Of a DNA stretch of 64,000 nucleotides, positions 13,076 to 26,955 are shown in pieces. Source of the DNA: Podarcis filfolensis (lineage: Eukaryota); assembly GCA_964270895.1 (NCBI GenBank), contig OZ185446.1, one strand, 5' to 3'. The translations under genes were made by a program, and so were the position numbers. The notes under the pieces were generated by a model. The model was not told the DNA's origin. It worked only from the letters and a program-made list of their open reading frames with translations, and ran no database searches. Numbering within the stretch: the stretch's first letter is position 1; every line of letters starts with the position of its first letter.

Positions 13076-14400
13076 TAATCGTACAGTGAATCAAACTGTG
13101 TCCAATTGTGTCCTTCCACTAACAGGAAGTGCTTTTGTCCAGTGAAGGTTTCCATCAGAAGAACAGAGAGGTAAACCATTTCCTTTGATTCCCCCTCTCC
13201 CATGCCACTGTCCATGCTGTTTCAAAGCTCCCCCACCCCCCACAAAAGCCTCTGGAGCAGATTTTTTTGGTGGGGGGCATCAGCAAGTATAATCTCCCTT
13301 CCCATTCTGTTGACAGAAGCTTCCACTGTATCATTGTGTCTTCAATCAGCAGAGGGGCACCACAGCAAAGAACACTAAAAATTAAAAAGTTTAGAGACCA
13401 AAGTCTTAGAAACGGACAGCATATGCTTATTTTTACTGCCCGGGCCGGGGAAGAGATTGCAACTTGGCGAGGGGTTGCAATCAGCGTATGAATTTTATAA
13501 AATAAATAATAAACAAACCAAGTTTATATGGGGACATGGTCATGATATCCAGTTCCTAAGAGGTCTAAATGCAGAGGGAGACAGGAGCTGTGGCTCCATT
13601 TCAGCTTTTTTCTTCTGCCTGCAGCTCTCTGTGTCTCTCTCCTCTCTCCTGCAGCTTTCTTCTTCTGTCTGATTGTATAAGTTGCTTCCCTGCTTGTTTT
13701 GGAGCCATCTCCTCTGCTGCAACCATCACCGGAAAGGCCACCACCACCAGAGCCAAGCACATATGACTGAACTCACACAAGTAAAATGCATGTGTGCTGT
13801 GGTTGTACTGTATACATGTGATGGGTTACAACATTCAATTATTTGAATTATATTGGTTTTCCGGTTTATTTCTTATGGCAATGCCCCTAGAACACCTATG
13901 GGGAATGCGCTAGCAAGACTCATGTATTCCATACATTACCTGGGCTCACATACACTCACAATTCTTATTTTCTACAGGATGGCAGAAGCAGGAGAAGATA
14001 GAAGCAGGAAAAGATAGAGTGAGTTCTTTTTCTTTTCTATTTTCTGGTAATGTCCACAATAGCATTCAATTTAAGCATACTACTGGAAATTAATGTTTTG
14101 TTGTTGATGTACTTGTGTGCTGTGAGCAACACCATGCACACAAAGCTCACTGCTGCTCAGGGCACTTACATGAATGCACAAAGGTGCTATACAGACTGTT
14201 CTACACATGTTACTGGTATTTCCAGCACAATCATCCATATTTTTCCTTTCTGAAGAGAATTCATGTTATTTGAAAAACATGCCCTTCAGAGGTTACAGAT
14301 ATACACTGATGAGCTGTGAAAACCACAAAGATGGTCCTTGCTACAATATGTTATCTTGCCTTAGGAGGACTTTAAATGTTTAGCAACACAAAACACAGTA

Positions 14401-14646
14401 CAGTGGACGCTTGGGTTGTGAACGTAATCCGTGCGGAAGGCACGTTCACAACCTGCAGCATCACATCTGCACATGCGCGGGTTGCGATTCGGTGCTTCTG
14501 TGTATGTGCAAAGTGCGATTTAGTGCTTCTGCACATGTGCGACTGCCAAAACCCAGAAGTAACCCGTTCTGGTACTTCTGGGTTTCAGCGCATCCGTAAC
14601 CCAAAAAAACCACAACCTGAAGTATCTGTAACCCAAGGTATGACTG
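14401..14646. mobile_element. Tc1/mariner-type MITE, same orientation as 12831-13075
   Basis: TA-CAGTGGACGCTTGGGTT...AAGGTATGACTG-TA, collinear with the copy 1.57 kb to the left. Confidence 0.88.
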
Positions 14647-16016
14647 TAATTTATAAAACACAAACATGCATGTGTTAGTGACAAGTGAAATGTTAAGTTA
14701 AAATTGACCAAATTCACTAGTTTCTATCTAGCAACATAATGGGCAGAATAATGATGACCCAAACCCCTGCAATACCTTGATTGCACAAAAAATGGGTGGT
14801 AAGGTTTGCCTCGTATTTTGCTTGCAATATATGTCATGCACCCCAAGAATCTGTATATAAAGGAATGGGGAGAGCTAATGAAGTGATGATTTCTTAATAC
14901 ATAACTCAGCATCTTATTTTTATAACTGAAACAATGAACTCATAATTCAATGAACACTGAGAACTATCACTGAGAAATATTCATACCTTCAGAGTCTCAA
15001 CAACAGTTTACATTTGCCTTGGGAAACGGATTATGTATGGTTGTATGGTAAAAAATAATAAAACTCCAACTGGAACGGTGGTGGTGGTGGGGATACACAC
15101 ACTACTGACTTCTGTGAGGGCAAAATGAAATGGCTAAGCGTCTGTGGTTCAGAAGTTATGATGACAGACACTTCCTCTTAACTAAAAAAGTTAGCAAATT
15201 ATACTATGCAGGAAGCAAAAAAGAAGTACAATTCTAGAATCTGTTTCTAACCAACTTTGCTGAGATGTAAATGTTTAGCAAAGGCTAGGAAGTCAGCAGC
15301 TATATTTGAACACATAATTTAAAGCTGAGGTTGGGTACGGGGTTGGTTTCCTCCCCAAAAAACATGACAAATCAGTTGTGACTTAAATGCTTGGCATGCA
15401 ATCACAAATGCATTTCTAAAAAGGATACCAAAAATGTAGCCAGCCTTTCCCATCCCTGCTCTGCCATCTTTCCCAACCTCTTCTGGTATAGCCTCTGTGA
15501 TAGAACGGTTTCTTGTATCTTCATACCAGGCAAGTCTCCTAAGTATTCTGAGGTGTTTTCCAGCTGGGACCAGGATAGACTCTGATTTCCTTTCCTGTGA
15601 TGGTGGAGCAGCTGCTATGCCTTGGAGTTGCATGAAATTTCTAGGCAGGAGATCTCCTCACCTGGCTACTGAGGTAACTACTCATAGCAAGAAAGACAAC
15701 TGGGCAGAGGCCCTACTGTAGGTTATGCAGCAGGATGGTTAATTCAGCCCAAACAAAAGATGCCAGTAATCTATAGCCCTCTAGCCCACAAGGCATTTCC
15801 CAATACTGAAGTGCCCGCCCACTTGAGATTTTATTTTATTCCATACACACACACACACTCAAGTTTATGGAGATGAAAATACCTGGGGAGGTGGGGGGGG
15901 GGGGACTGAGATGATGCATGGTTTCAGTATTACCCTTTTCAATGGCCTATCCTAATAATGGGCCACTGTACTTTAAAGAAGCCATCTCTCTGCTTGTTTC
16001 AAGTGTAGCATTACTA

Positions 16017-16231
16017 CAGTGGCATACGTTTTGGATTACAAACACGTCAAACCCGGAAGTGCGCGTCCCGGTGTGCAACCTTTTTTTGGATTACAACCCT
16101 TGGGGGGGGGGGATTCCGAACAAAAGTTTTTTGGAGGCCCCATTGGCGAAAGCGCGCCTTGGGTTACAACCTGTTTTGGTTTACAAACAGACCTCCGGAA
16201 CATATTATGGTTGTAAACCAAGGTACCACTG
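16017..16231. mobile_element. Tc1/mariner-type MITE, inverted relative to 11057-11290, left TIR internally deleted
   Basis: Right end CCAAGGTACCACTG-TA is intact. Left end reads CAGTGG|CATACGTTTTGG, lacking about 28 nt present in the other copy. Confidence 0.88.
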
Positions 16232-18324
16232 TACTTTCTCTAAGAAGTTGGTCCATTTTATGGAACAAAATTCGTTCTCCTTGCAATTGCTATTGATTGA
16301 TCTATACAGTAGTACTATCAGTGTGCCATAACGCTTTACAGACTGCAAAAGGTCAGTTCCCTGCCCTGAGGAGGCTACCTTCTAAAATTTGACTCAGGAA
16401 ACAGAGTGAGGGCGGGGAGGGGAGGAAGGGTAATTAGGGAACCAATGAACACTTTTAGCTACAGGCAGAGCTACAGCAAGGCATGGGAATCGAGGGACTG
16501 TGCCAAATGATTTACAGAGCAGGTGGATTTTGAAGAGGGGTTTGGGGGCAGGAAACTGCAGGTGTTCTGGGAGGTAATACCAAGCATGCAGGGCAGCGAG
16601 GGACAAAAGGGAAGTCTTTTGAGGGAACAGACCTTTGGATGGCACAGCTGGGGGACCAAAGTTCTGGCAGGAATGTATGCGTGTAGACCATGGAAGCCCT
16701 CTGAAGTAAACAGCACGGGGCTTGGGTAGGATTGTGCTACCTATACTTACAGTAGTAGGAGATGAAAAATACCCTGAAGTTCTTAAGTAGCACAGTTTCA
16801 ATTAATGAAAGCAAGGTAGGTCCTGAGTACAATTTGCAAAACACAGAGTCTGAATGAAATCACAGCTAAGCTGTAGTCCTGCCCTCACTAACAGAAATGT
16901 GAGTTGTCTCCAATATTGTTGTGGATTTCCATATAATAGAACCGATGTTATGATCTATGAGATCACAATAAAAGGGCTATAAAAGTACACATTATTTAAA
17001 CATTTTTATTGCATGAGATGAGCAATACAGATGCAAAAAACCAAAAGTATACAATAATTAAACTTTTTTGAACAGTTCTCATTTTTAGAGAGCAATGCTT
17101 GCTTCCCAACTGAAGCAAAATTTTCTCTCCCCCCCCCCCATTCCCCCACCTCTTCCACTCCTGGTATAAATGCCATAGCTCATGTAGAGTGGAATGAACA
17201 GTTGTGCTGTTTCAGCCTTTGGAGACACTATGACTACCAACAGTTGCAACAATTACATAAAACAAAGCAGAGTTTCCATATATGAAAGACCCACTAGTGC
17301 AGTTCTCCACAGAGACTAAGGTGTGTTTCTTGGTCCAGTATAAGACTCAGCATTTTCAGACGACAGAGGACTAGACATATCACTCTGAGCAAGGGAGGTC
17401 AGTCTTTCGCTAAGGAGAAATCACCCAACAACAACATAAGATGGTTGAACAGCAGTTAATGTTAAGCATTATGTAATTCCACAGTAGTCAATGGGTATCA
17501 TCCAACATGTACACATGAAATTCCATCACCAAAAAGGAATATAGGGACAATAACCACAAACCTGCTTCATAAGACCGTCATCACTACTCCGCCATACTAG
17601 TTTATACTGTCACAATTAGTACAATAACCTCAAATCTTAGTGCTTGCTATTCCACAGGCTAATGGATTTATTTATAGTGAAGGAAATACTAGAAGAACCG
17701 CCCATAAGTCAGCCATCACTAGTCCACGATGCATTTATATTTGATCTCAGGAACAAATACTAGTGTTAACATTTAATATATTTTTATGTTTCTATGTGTT
17801 ACAATTGTACTGGGGAGATCAATGTAAAAATATGCCCTTCAAACCCCTTAACTGCCATCACGTCTAGGCAACTGGGATGATAGAAGCTTCCTCTTCCATA
17901 CATGATCCTTTAAGTTTAAGAAGCAGAGGAAGAAATAATTATTAATAGCGTCAGTCCACCTAGTTCAAGGAAGGGGCAAGGAACTGCATAATGGCTGGAG
18001 TAATTCCCTGGGATCAGCTCTCACCCCCAAACGTCAAAGCTTCTGCCAGTTAGTGTCTTTCTCTCTTGCAGTGACCTATTTCTACAAGATCCCCCATTTG
18101 CCCATGTGGGGTTCAATTCTGTAGCACAAGCTTGTCACAAGTGCTTCCTTTTGCATGTGTTGTGCTTTAGTATCGCTGAAAAAAAAATGTTAAGCGGGTA
18201 CTAGATTTACCATTTTCATGATTTATTGAGGATGCATTTATGGGGATGCAGGGGCAAAGCCAGACAGAGAATAAAGGTCATCTGCATGTACAAAAGGGAT
18301 TTCAGTGACAAGGTGATCAAAGAG

Positions 18325-18480
18325 TTAGTGTGATGTAGAGGTTGGAGTGTTGGACTAGGACCAGAGACATGCATGTTCAAATCCCTACTAAGTCATGAAG
18401 CTCACCTAAGGCCAGTCACTTTCTCTCTCCCCAGGGATGCTGCGAGGATAAAATTGGGGATTGCGGGAAAAAGAAAGACC
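18325..18480 (+). mobile_element. tRNA-derived (MIR-like) SINE, degenerate
   Basis: Pol III A/B-box-like head GTGTGATGTAGAGGTTGGAGTGTTGGACTAGG...GTTCAAATCCC. Confidence 0.6.
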
Positions 18481-18978
18481 AGGCACCCAGAATCCCTTGG
18501 AAGAAAGGTATAATAAAAATTGCTAATATATCATTGTGTTGTGCTGTCACTTGTGTGCAAATCGTGTGAACCTCTTTTCTGTCAAGTGCTGCTCCAAAGG
18601 AAGATGCCAGTAGTACACATTACAACTGCTCTAAGTTTAAAGGAAAGGCCAGTATGGCTGAAAGGGAAAAATACAGTCTAAGGACAGAATAACAGCACAA
18701 TGAAAGCAGAAGGAAGGGGGCAAGCGGATACTGAGCCTAAGGGTGTTTAGTCAGAGGGTCTGGAAAGTAGGGGGCTGAGAGACAAAGGTTTGACAAGACT
18801 AGGCTCTGTTAAATACAACAGGGCTAAAATGAATAGTATTTAACTTCTTTCATGGGTTTCAGTGGGACTTGGGCCCAATCCAGAAAGACAGTAGAATGAG
18901 ATGGAAAAAGTGGCTGACAAGAATTCACACTGCAGGTGGGGGGTATCTACTGTTGAATGTTCCCTCATATTGAAACCC

Positions 18979-19025
18979 AAATATAAATATAAATATATAA
19001 ATATAAATAATATAAATATATAAAT
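18979..19025. repeat. AT-rich (AAATAT)n low-complexity repeat
   Basis: Direct reading. Confidence 0.85.
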
Positions 19026-21444
19026 GCACATCAGGGAGAAAGTTTCTAGCACAGCCAACGTTGTGTTAGTTTTTTACTTGCATAGTGATTTATGTATGGG
19101 TGCATTCATGATTCTACACTTGCAGTCTGAAGTGGTTCTGTACATTCTACTAAATTAGGCCTCTTCCACCTTAATTCCATTGCATGTGCTGATCTGGCTT
19201 CAGTTACAACTAAATTTATTTAGAAGGGGGACAGAGTAGTTGGTAGAAAAATAGGCGGGCATTGTAACAGGCTGAGTTAAGCAGGAAAAGAGCTGGGGAA
19301 CAACCCAGGGATGTGAGGTTATTTCTTGTTTGAAGGAAGCAGTGTGTGCATTGTCTATTTCACCTATTTTAATACCCACCTAAACATTCAGCTGAAAAAT
19401 CAATTAGGACAATGGCAGGGGAGGGGTGCAACAGCACAACCCAGCTCTGAAAAAATATCCACTGCAGACCAGGTACAGAATGCAATTAAAACTATGACAC
19501 AAACCAAACACTGGTAACTCCAGAGTGATGAGGCTGGGCATTTGCCCTAGCCCTGAATACTTGCAAAGGGCTCACCAGTCCAAAAATACTGCCACTCTCA
19601 CTTTGCACCCAAGAAGTTCAGAGGTCATGAGAGAATTCCTGGGTTGCATACTCTACATCGGCTAGATTAAGGGGGGGGTCCCCTACTGAGAAGACCTTAC
19701 CAAAGAGACCCCAAAATAATACAGCTAGCACTGAAGACCAAAAGCAGTCCTTAGCAGACAACGCAACAAGCTTGAAAAGGAAGCAGCAAAAGCAGCGAGT
19801 CATAGCAGCCATTCATCCAAATAGTAGCCCAGTTCTGAATGGCCATTATCTAAAATCTTCCTCCTTGGCCAAGACTTCCTACTAAAAACCTGTTGCCAGC
19901 CCAAAAGGCAAATGACATGATATGAACACTCCTCTGAAGAATGAGTCACAGCAACTGAAGAGCATAGTTTCTTATCAAATCAACAAGTAGTAGTATGAAT
20001 GCAAATTTAACACAATTTCTAAAATTCTCTTAAATTTATGGTTACTCTGGAAACTTCAATGTAAGCCAGACAAAGAGGATGAGACACACAAAGATATTTC
20101 TGAGAGAGCTTTCACTATAACATTGATATATGCACCCAAGAAGCAGAGGCAAAGCAGAAGCATTGTTCTGAGCAACCAACAGTGAGTTAGGAGGTTGACT
20201 TCCTAGCGTAAACTTATCCCAGTGTTATCCCACCATATTCTTAGCAAGTGTTAGCAAATCTTGTGTGTCAAAAGTCAATCTGAAAGTGCCCATGTTGTGT
20301 CACTGATGTCACGATGTATTAAAAAAAAATTCCACTGTGAATGACAGCATGAGTTTGCTAAGATTAATTATGCTTTTAAATTTATTTGTGCTCTGCTAAG
20401 TCAATATATTATGTATGTTTTATGTATACTGACAGCTATGTCCAACCCTATACAAAAAAAAAAACCTACTCAAGGTGCCTTACAACAATTTAGAATTCTT
20501 ATTATTTTATATGGTAGCTTATGAGAGTATTCATTACCTAGACAAAACAAAGTAGTTCGTTAATGATCATACAAGTTTTCATCAAGTTTGTATAAATCTG
20601 AAAATGCACAGAACCAACAATTCTGAGGGAGAGAACATGATGTTGTCTGAAACAACCTATCCAGAAGTAAGGTTTACTGATGTCAGTGGAGCTCACTCCA
20701 CAGCAAATCTGCAGAACTGGAGCAGATGTGCCCAGTGTCTTGGTGGTGGGGTAGAATAATGTGGTGTCTTGGTGGTGGGGTAAAATAATCTTTTTTCCTT
20801 GCCACACCAACGCCCTCCAGAGACAAAGGTGCTGGCACCCCAAGGGTCTGCAAGTCTCCATCAACATCTCTCCACCTGATGTCCACAAGGACAGAGAATA
20901 GAGAAGAGGGGAGCAAAATGGCAGGCACCAGTTTAGGGGAGAAAGGGGGGGCTCTCTCTTCTAAAATGGCACCTAATTAATCAGGGGTACTTTTGTAATG
21001 GTCTGGAAGGTTAATAGATGAACCTATTTGATCAAACACTGCAGCCCTCTTTTTAAAAAAAACTTCTAATACACAGTGTAAAAATGTAAATGTAAGTATA
21101 TATTTTGTGCTCAACTTCCATGGTACAGTCTTCTTTGGGCCAAAAATGCAGTAAGGAAAGAGGTTCTCCATTTCAATATTTCTGTTTGAAATGTTCAAAG
21201 CAACCTGCAGATCAATGAGTAAGTGATCAGGATTCCTGCCATGTGTGCTATTTGCATAATAGTTCTTTTCTCAAGGCAGAAAACTGACTTTTGACTTGCA
21301 GGGAACACATATCCCTAACCACAGCATAAAGGCAGCTTGAAATAAGAAAATTCCTACATAGAGAATATGGTTACAGAGAACAGCAAGCACAGGTGGGATT
21401 ACATACACAGGTGTTTTGCCTCATTCTCATTTGCTACAACAGGG

Positions 21445-21463
21445 GTAAAGGTAAAGGTAAAGG
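21445..21463 (-). mobile_element. Isolated Sauria-SINE/BovB-type (ACCTTT)n tail
   Basis: GTAAAGGTAAAGGTAAAGG, the same tail as the SINE at 37736. Confidence 0.5.
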
Positions 21464-24400
21464 AACCCTAGGGAACTGGAATTACGTAGCAGGCCAGATC
21501 CTTATCTCCCCTACCCTGCACAGGCCAAATTTGACAGGTGAGTGGGAACACCACCTGTTAATCACCTAATATCACAATGGTGATGGAGTGCTTTGTACCA
21601 CTGATCATTGGCAATTCAGAGTGCTGAGCAGGACTCTTTGCAAGCCCATTCAAGGATTGGCTAGCTAGTTACCCAGTGGGAACTGAGTAGTGCAGCCAAC
21701 CCCAACCGGCTTGCTCTAACTGCCAATCAGTAGCATCTTCACCCGTCCTTCACCTGATATCACATATGATGTCAAGTGTGCGACTGGGGCAAGTGGTTTG
21801 GAGAAAACAGCCTTATGGGCCAAACTGGGATCTGTTCCCAGCTTAATTAAACCCGTAACTCGGGGATCCCCACTCCTGTGCTACATAATAGGAAGCTTTG
21901 GTGAGCTGAATGGTCATTTCCCATGAATATCTGGGCACCCCAACTGTTTATATGTTGCATGCCAATCTACCACCTTATACATAGGTTTTCTGTGTGAAAA
22001 CTAGGGAAGCTGATATAAATGATATGTTTCATGAACAAATGGGAGAAGGGTAGTGCTTTCATAATACACTTCTAAAGGAGCTGAAGAATTATGACTTTTC
22101 TTCAAACTTCTGAAAACAATGGATTAAAGATCACAATGTCCAGCAAATGCTGCAGTTGGCTTTGCAATAACATGCAATGGCACAGCTGTGCTGAAAGCAC
22201 CAACATCAATATTCTTGTCAATGAGTTTGAACAAAAGCAAAAATGGAAACACGTCTTCAACAGGCTGGTAGTTCTCAACACTTTCAGAAAGAGCTCCAAT
22301 ACCAGAAGATCAATATACTGTTCAGCCAGAACATGATATAGCTGACCTAGATGAGTTCAGATTTTGATGGAACACTTACATTCAAAACCTTGACCCAAAA
22401 GAAGAATAAATAGATGCCTCAAAGGAGAATTACCAAAACATGCTCTAGGCAGGACTCAGAACTACACATTCAGCAGGATTTGGGATGTCTACCTTACAGA
22501 GGGCTCTGACAGACTTAATCTTTGTGTAAGCTTAGACTACCAAAATTGTCCAGACTGTCTCCCTTGCTGCCAATAACTCCCCTTTTCTCTGTGCAGCATA
22601 TGGAACAAAGTAACATGGTTGTAACTTTCTGACAAACTATTGAAAATTTAATCAAGCATCTTGATCCGAGTTCTCATGCTTAGTAGCAATTTTCTGTACA
22701 AAGGAATGTAGCTATACACCTGCCGGCACTGGAAAATTGGCTCACCCCTATTTAGAAGTTTAGAGGAAGATACAGCAAGTCCCTTAGGAACTCTGCAGCG
22801 TGAAATATGTCTGTGTATTGCAACAAGAGAAAATATATCACCCAAATATACCTAGCCTGATAAATTAGTCCTGGCAATATCCTGCACTCACCTGCTTTTT
22901 AATCACAAGAGTAGCTAGTGGAGAATAAGCAAAGCACTCTATTCTTCCTTTCCCAGTCTCTCTCGTGACTAAAAAACAGACTAGCAAAACACTGTACTAA
23001 CTAGAAATGAGCACTCTCTTCCCACTCCATCAACTCACTTGTTTCTATGCTGAGTGCTCCGTGAAGTCATGGTAAATGGTCAGATCACGCTGCCCCTTTT
23101 CCAATAGTCTATGGTGTTTCTATGCTAGTTATGCAGGAAGCAAAGTCTTGTCCTGCATGTCAAGGCTCCACCATCAACCTGCTGTGTTTCTGTGCTGGAC
23201 GACTAAGTGGTGATACTCCTTTTCTGTGGATCCAATAGGTTGTCAGCAGAGGCATCTATCGTTCTAGACCTACCCCCGTTTCCCGTGTGCCCATGCAAGA
23301 AATGTAGGAGTTTCGCCTGCTGGGTAACTAAGCACAGCAGTTGGAAACCTCCAGCCCATGAGCCTAATTAGGCCCACCTCTGAATTTGGCCCAGAAAGCC
23401 ATTTTGGGCAAACCATGCCCACCTGGGCTTTCCCAATCTCTTATTTCTGATCTTAGTGTTATAGTCCCACAGTATTTAAGATCAGAGATAAGTGTGGCAC
23501 TGTGGTGCTTAACATTAAGATTGAAGATAAGCATCTGCTTCTAACTTTTACCCTCAAAGGACATGCAGAGGCCTATCTCTAATCTTAGAACTGTGGGACA
23601 GCGCTAAGATAAGAGATGTGTCTGTGCTGATCCACTGGAATTAAATTTGCCGTCCTATGAGGCTGGGTGATTGGTAGGTTGGTGGCCCTGACCACCCTTC
23701 AAAACTGCCTGCAGGTGGTGGGCTTTGCCATCCTTAGTCTACCATAAAAACCCAGAAGGCAGAGAGAAGGAGCACTCTACTCTGCCGCCAGCTCTCTCAG
23801 TTGCGATGCTGGATGCATAAGAGGGAGCTTCACTCCCTGTGCACCCAGTACAGAAACCCAGCAGGCTGCTGGAGAAGGAATGAAGCACTCCATGCCTCTG
23901 CCAGCAGCCTGCTTGCTTTCTCTGTCAAGCGGGGAACGGAGGGCTTCCTACCCTACAACCCTATAATGGGTTGTCAGCAGAAGGGCCAAACCCTGGGTTG
24001 TTACCCACAATGGAAGGAGAGAAGGTGAATAACCCCCTGCTGTCCAGCAAATAAATGCAGAATGTTGCTAAAGGAGGGGCTGAACATTCCATTTCCTTTC
24101 TGCAGCCTCATGCACCTATGTCAAATTACTAGTTGCCTATGGCCACCAGGCAAGTGGTTGAAAAAAGATTGTATAAATCTGCTACACTGAATAACTGCAA
24201 CAATTCATTGTGGAGACTTCTTGCACTGGTATATATGATTTCAACAATCCTTTAGTTTTTACCAGTTGGAATTAAGACTGCCTAGCTATTACTATTGATA
24301 AAGAATATAAGCCTGTCAAAATCTTGTAAACGAAAGTGATTCCTCAAAGGATCACTATAATCTGAGCTGGAAGAGATTCCCATCTGATACTTTAAGGCAG

Positions 24401-26325
24401 GATGCATTGGCCTCAATCCAAAGCAGCTCTATGCACGTGAAGGCTAGGACCATGCACACTCAGCTGGAGCTCTCTTTGAAGCTCTTGCCACGGCATCTCA
24501 CACTGCCAAGGAGGCATGCCAATCTGCAATTTAAAAAGCAACTTGCCTCTTTAGCAGTGGGAGATGTTGCGGCAATACATTTCGAAGAAAGCACTGCTTT
24601 CAGGCAGATGCCTCTCCTGCGCACAAAGCTTCTTTGTATTTCAACCTCCATACATAAACCGTCCCTCAAATGCCTGTCCAGCCTTTACAGGACAATCTCC
24701 AAGGAAATTCTACAGCCTCTCTGGGCTTCTTACTCCCCTGCTGAACTGATCTTACAACTAAGCTGTACTTAATAAGGAACATCTTAAAACAACTTCTCTG
24801 CACTCTGAACTATTTCAGTCTGAATCCTAACAATTTAACCATAGTGGTTAAAATGGGTGGGAAAATAGAGCTAATTATTTTTCTGGAAGAAAAACAACAC
24901 CACTGCATGAAACAAACTAAACTAATTTCAGCTCACTCCTTAAGTTATTTCCAATGCTGTCTAACTCCACGAAACTGGATGAACCTTTACTAAAGGCTCA
25001 GCACTAAATAATGCCTCAAATATATCCCAAAGAATATTTCTGCAATAGGATCAGATAACTTGTTTTGGCCAGTAGGCTGTTTGGCATATCCTGTCTGCGA
25101 GTGGACAAGAAATCTTGTTTGCTATGAAAAGGACTGCGCTACAGAGTCTCATTTTTTCTGTTCAGCATGTGATACACACATAAACAAAATAAACCCTTAG
25201 CTCAGTTCTACTTAGTTTTTATCAAGTCCTTTCTGCCCACTTCTATCGGAGTACCATTTATATGCACCCTGTGCTAAGGTTGTTTGCTGACGCACAAAAC
25301 AGGACTGAATAACCTACATGGGGAGGGTGGAGAACTCCAAAGTGAAAGCTTTCCTGGCTACTATCCTGTGTATTACAATACCAACAAAATCTGAGTCAGG
25401 GCAGAAGCCTGAATGCAATTTTATTGTGAACTAGTTCTCTGCTACTTGAAAAACAAGGCACACAAACTTTGCTATTCTTGTCATTAGGAGACAGGGAGGG
25501 AGAGTGAGGGGAGAGAATATAGTTAAACATACACAAAGCTTCCCTTCAACTTAAATCCATTTCCTGACTTCTCACATTTCAAAGTCCTTCAACAAAGTTT
25601 CTTATTTTCTTTCTAGAAGAGATATACACAGCTCTTATGCTTTATTCCTGAAAAATGCTGCATAAACCGCAGTTTATAACTCACTATTTCCTGGCCTAAA
25701 GGGGGACTTTACATATTTGCTACTTTCCCAAATGGAAATTATTCCTCAATTTATTGTCACTTTTCCTAAGGTCTGGCATCCTGTTACCTAGTAATCAGGT
25801 AATGACCTAAGCACAATTAAGTAGAGAGCAACTGCTCATACAAAGGCTTCTGTTAGAGGAACAAAGGAGGGAAGATCTTCTGGCCATAACCACAAATTGT
25901 TAGTGTTCGGTTCATCATCTACTGCCCTTTTTTGGCTGTGGTTAGTTACCAAATGTTTTTGATTTGGATCAAAATCAAATGAGAACATTCTATTAAGTCA
26001 CCAGCATGTGGTCTGCCTCCTTTATGCTACTTGTGCTTACCCTGATCACTTGATCAATTGGCGATCAGTTCAGCAAGACCATTCAAGATTACAATATGGG
26101 GAAACGTACATGTATGATATTGGGGAAAATGATTTAAAATAGCTATACACAGCTGCGGCAGTTCAAAATTAACAGGAATATTTGAAATGTGGGTTGTCGT
26201 CTCCCCAAGCCTGTGCCTATCAATCTCCATTTTCTTTGGGCCTTGGCAAATAACAACACCAACAGGACAGACAGGGACCACAAAACACACAAGAAAACAA
26301 AAGACAGACAAGCCTGGTAACTTAC

Positions 26326-26955
26326 CCCTCCTGACAATTTAATCACCCTGACTTTGGTGCCGACATGGGGCCCATCTCCACTACCACTGTTTGCCCGCTG
26401 CATGACAGTTCTTTTCACCCCAGGCTTCAGTTCCTGAGGCTGGCCTTGTACTGATGCCACACGAGCAATCTGGGATGGGTTCATGTGGGCTGCAGGAGGC
26501 TTTGTTTGCAACCCTTTGTATGGCAGCTGGAGCTCATTTTCGGGCACTGTCCTAGTCTGTCTTAGCTGCTTCACTGTTTTTATTTGCTGTCCTTGAAATT
26601 GTGCATTATCTCCAGCCTGCGGAATATTTGGGGGCTTGGGCTGAAAAGCAGGGGGGGTTGGAGCTACTGGGTCTTGCTTTTTAACCATCAGCCTGCATTT
26701 CACATTTTGGCGAGGCTGTGCACCGGGAAGGGGAAGCAATGGATTTCCATTGGTGGGCAACTGTGAAGTTTCTTCCTCCTGTTGTTGGGTTGAAGACTGC
26801 TGCTGCTGTGCGAGCCTTTCAAGCAACTCTCTTTTTCTAGCTCCAGCCTGGAGTTGCCGCCTGAGCTCCTTTTGTTTCAAGATCTCTTCTCTTAGGCGCT
26901 TCTGTTCTTCTATCTTTAAACGGTAGAGTCTGGTTTCTTCATCTTCATCAGGAAA
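26326..26955 (-). CDS. RBM33: RBM33 coding exon with coiled-coil segment (FPDEDEETRLYRLKIEEQKRLREEILKQKELRR...KVRVIKLSGG)
   Basis: Acceptor gttctgtag|TTT, donor GGG|GTAAGT. 630 nt, phase 0/0. Overlaps ORF 26143-26880. Confidence 0.97.

Noticed and set aside
13490-13833. Possible second LTR ending in ACAACA
   Set aside because: Could not find a matching TG start or a TSD; left unannotated.
12811-16331. Many 60-137 aa ORFs over the MITEs
   Set aside because: They fall on GC-rich non-autonomous repeats and show no transposase motifs.
24407-24772. 121-aa + strand ORF and a possible cryptic minus-strand acceptor near 24530
   Set aside because: No homology recognised and no convincing donor.
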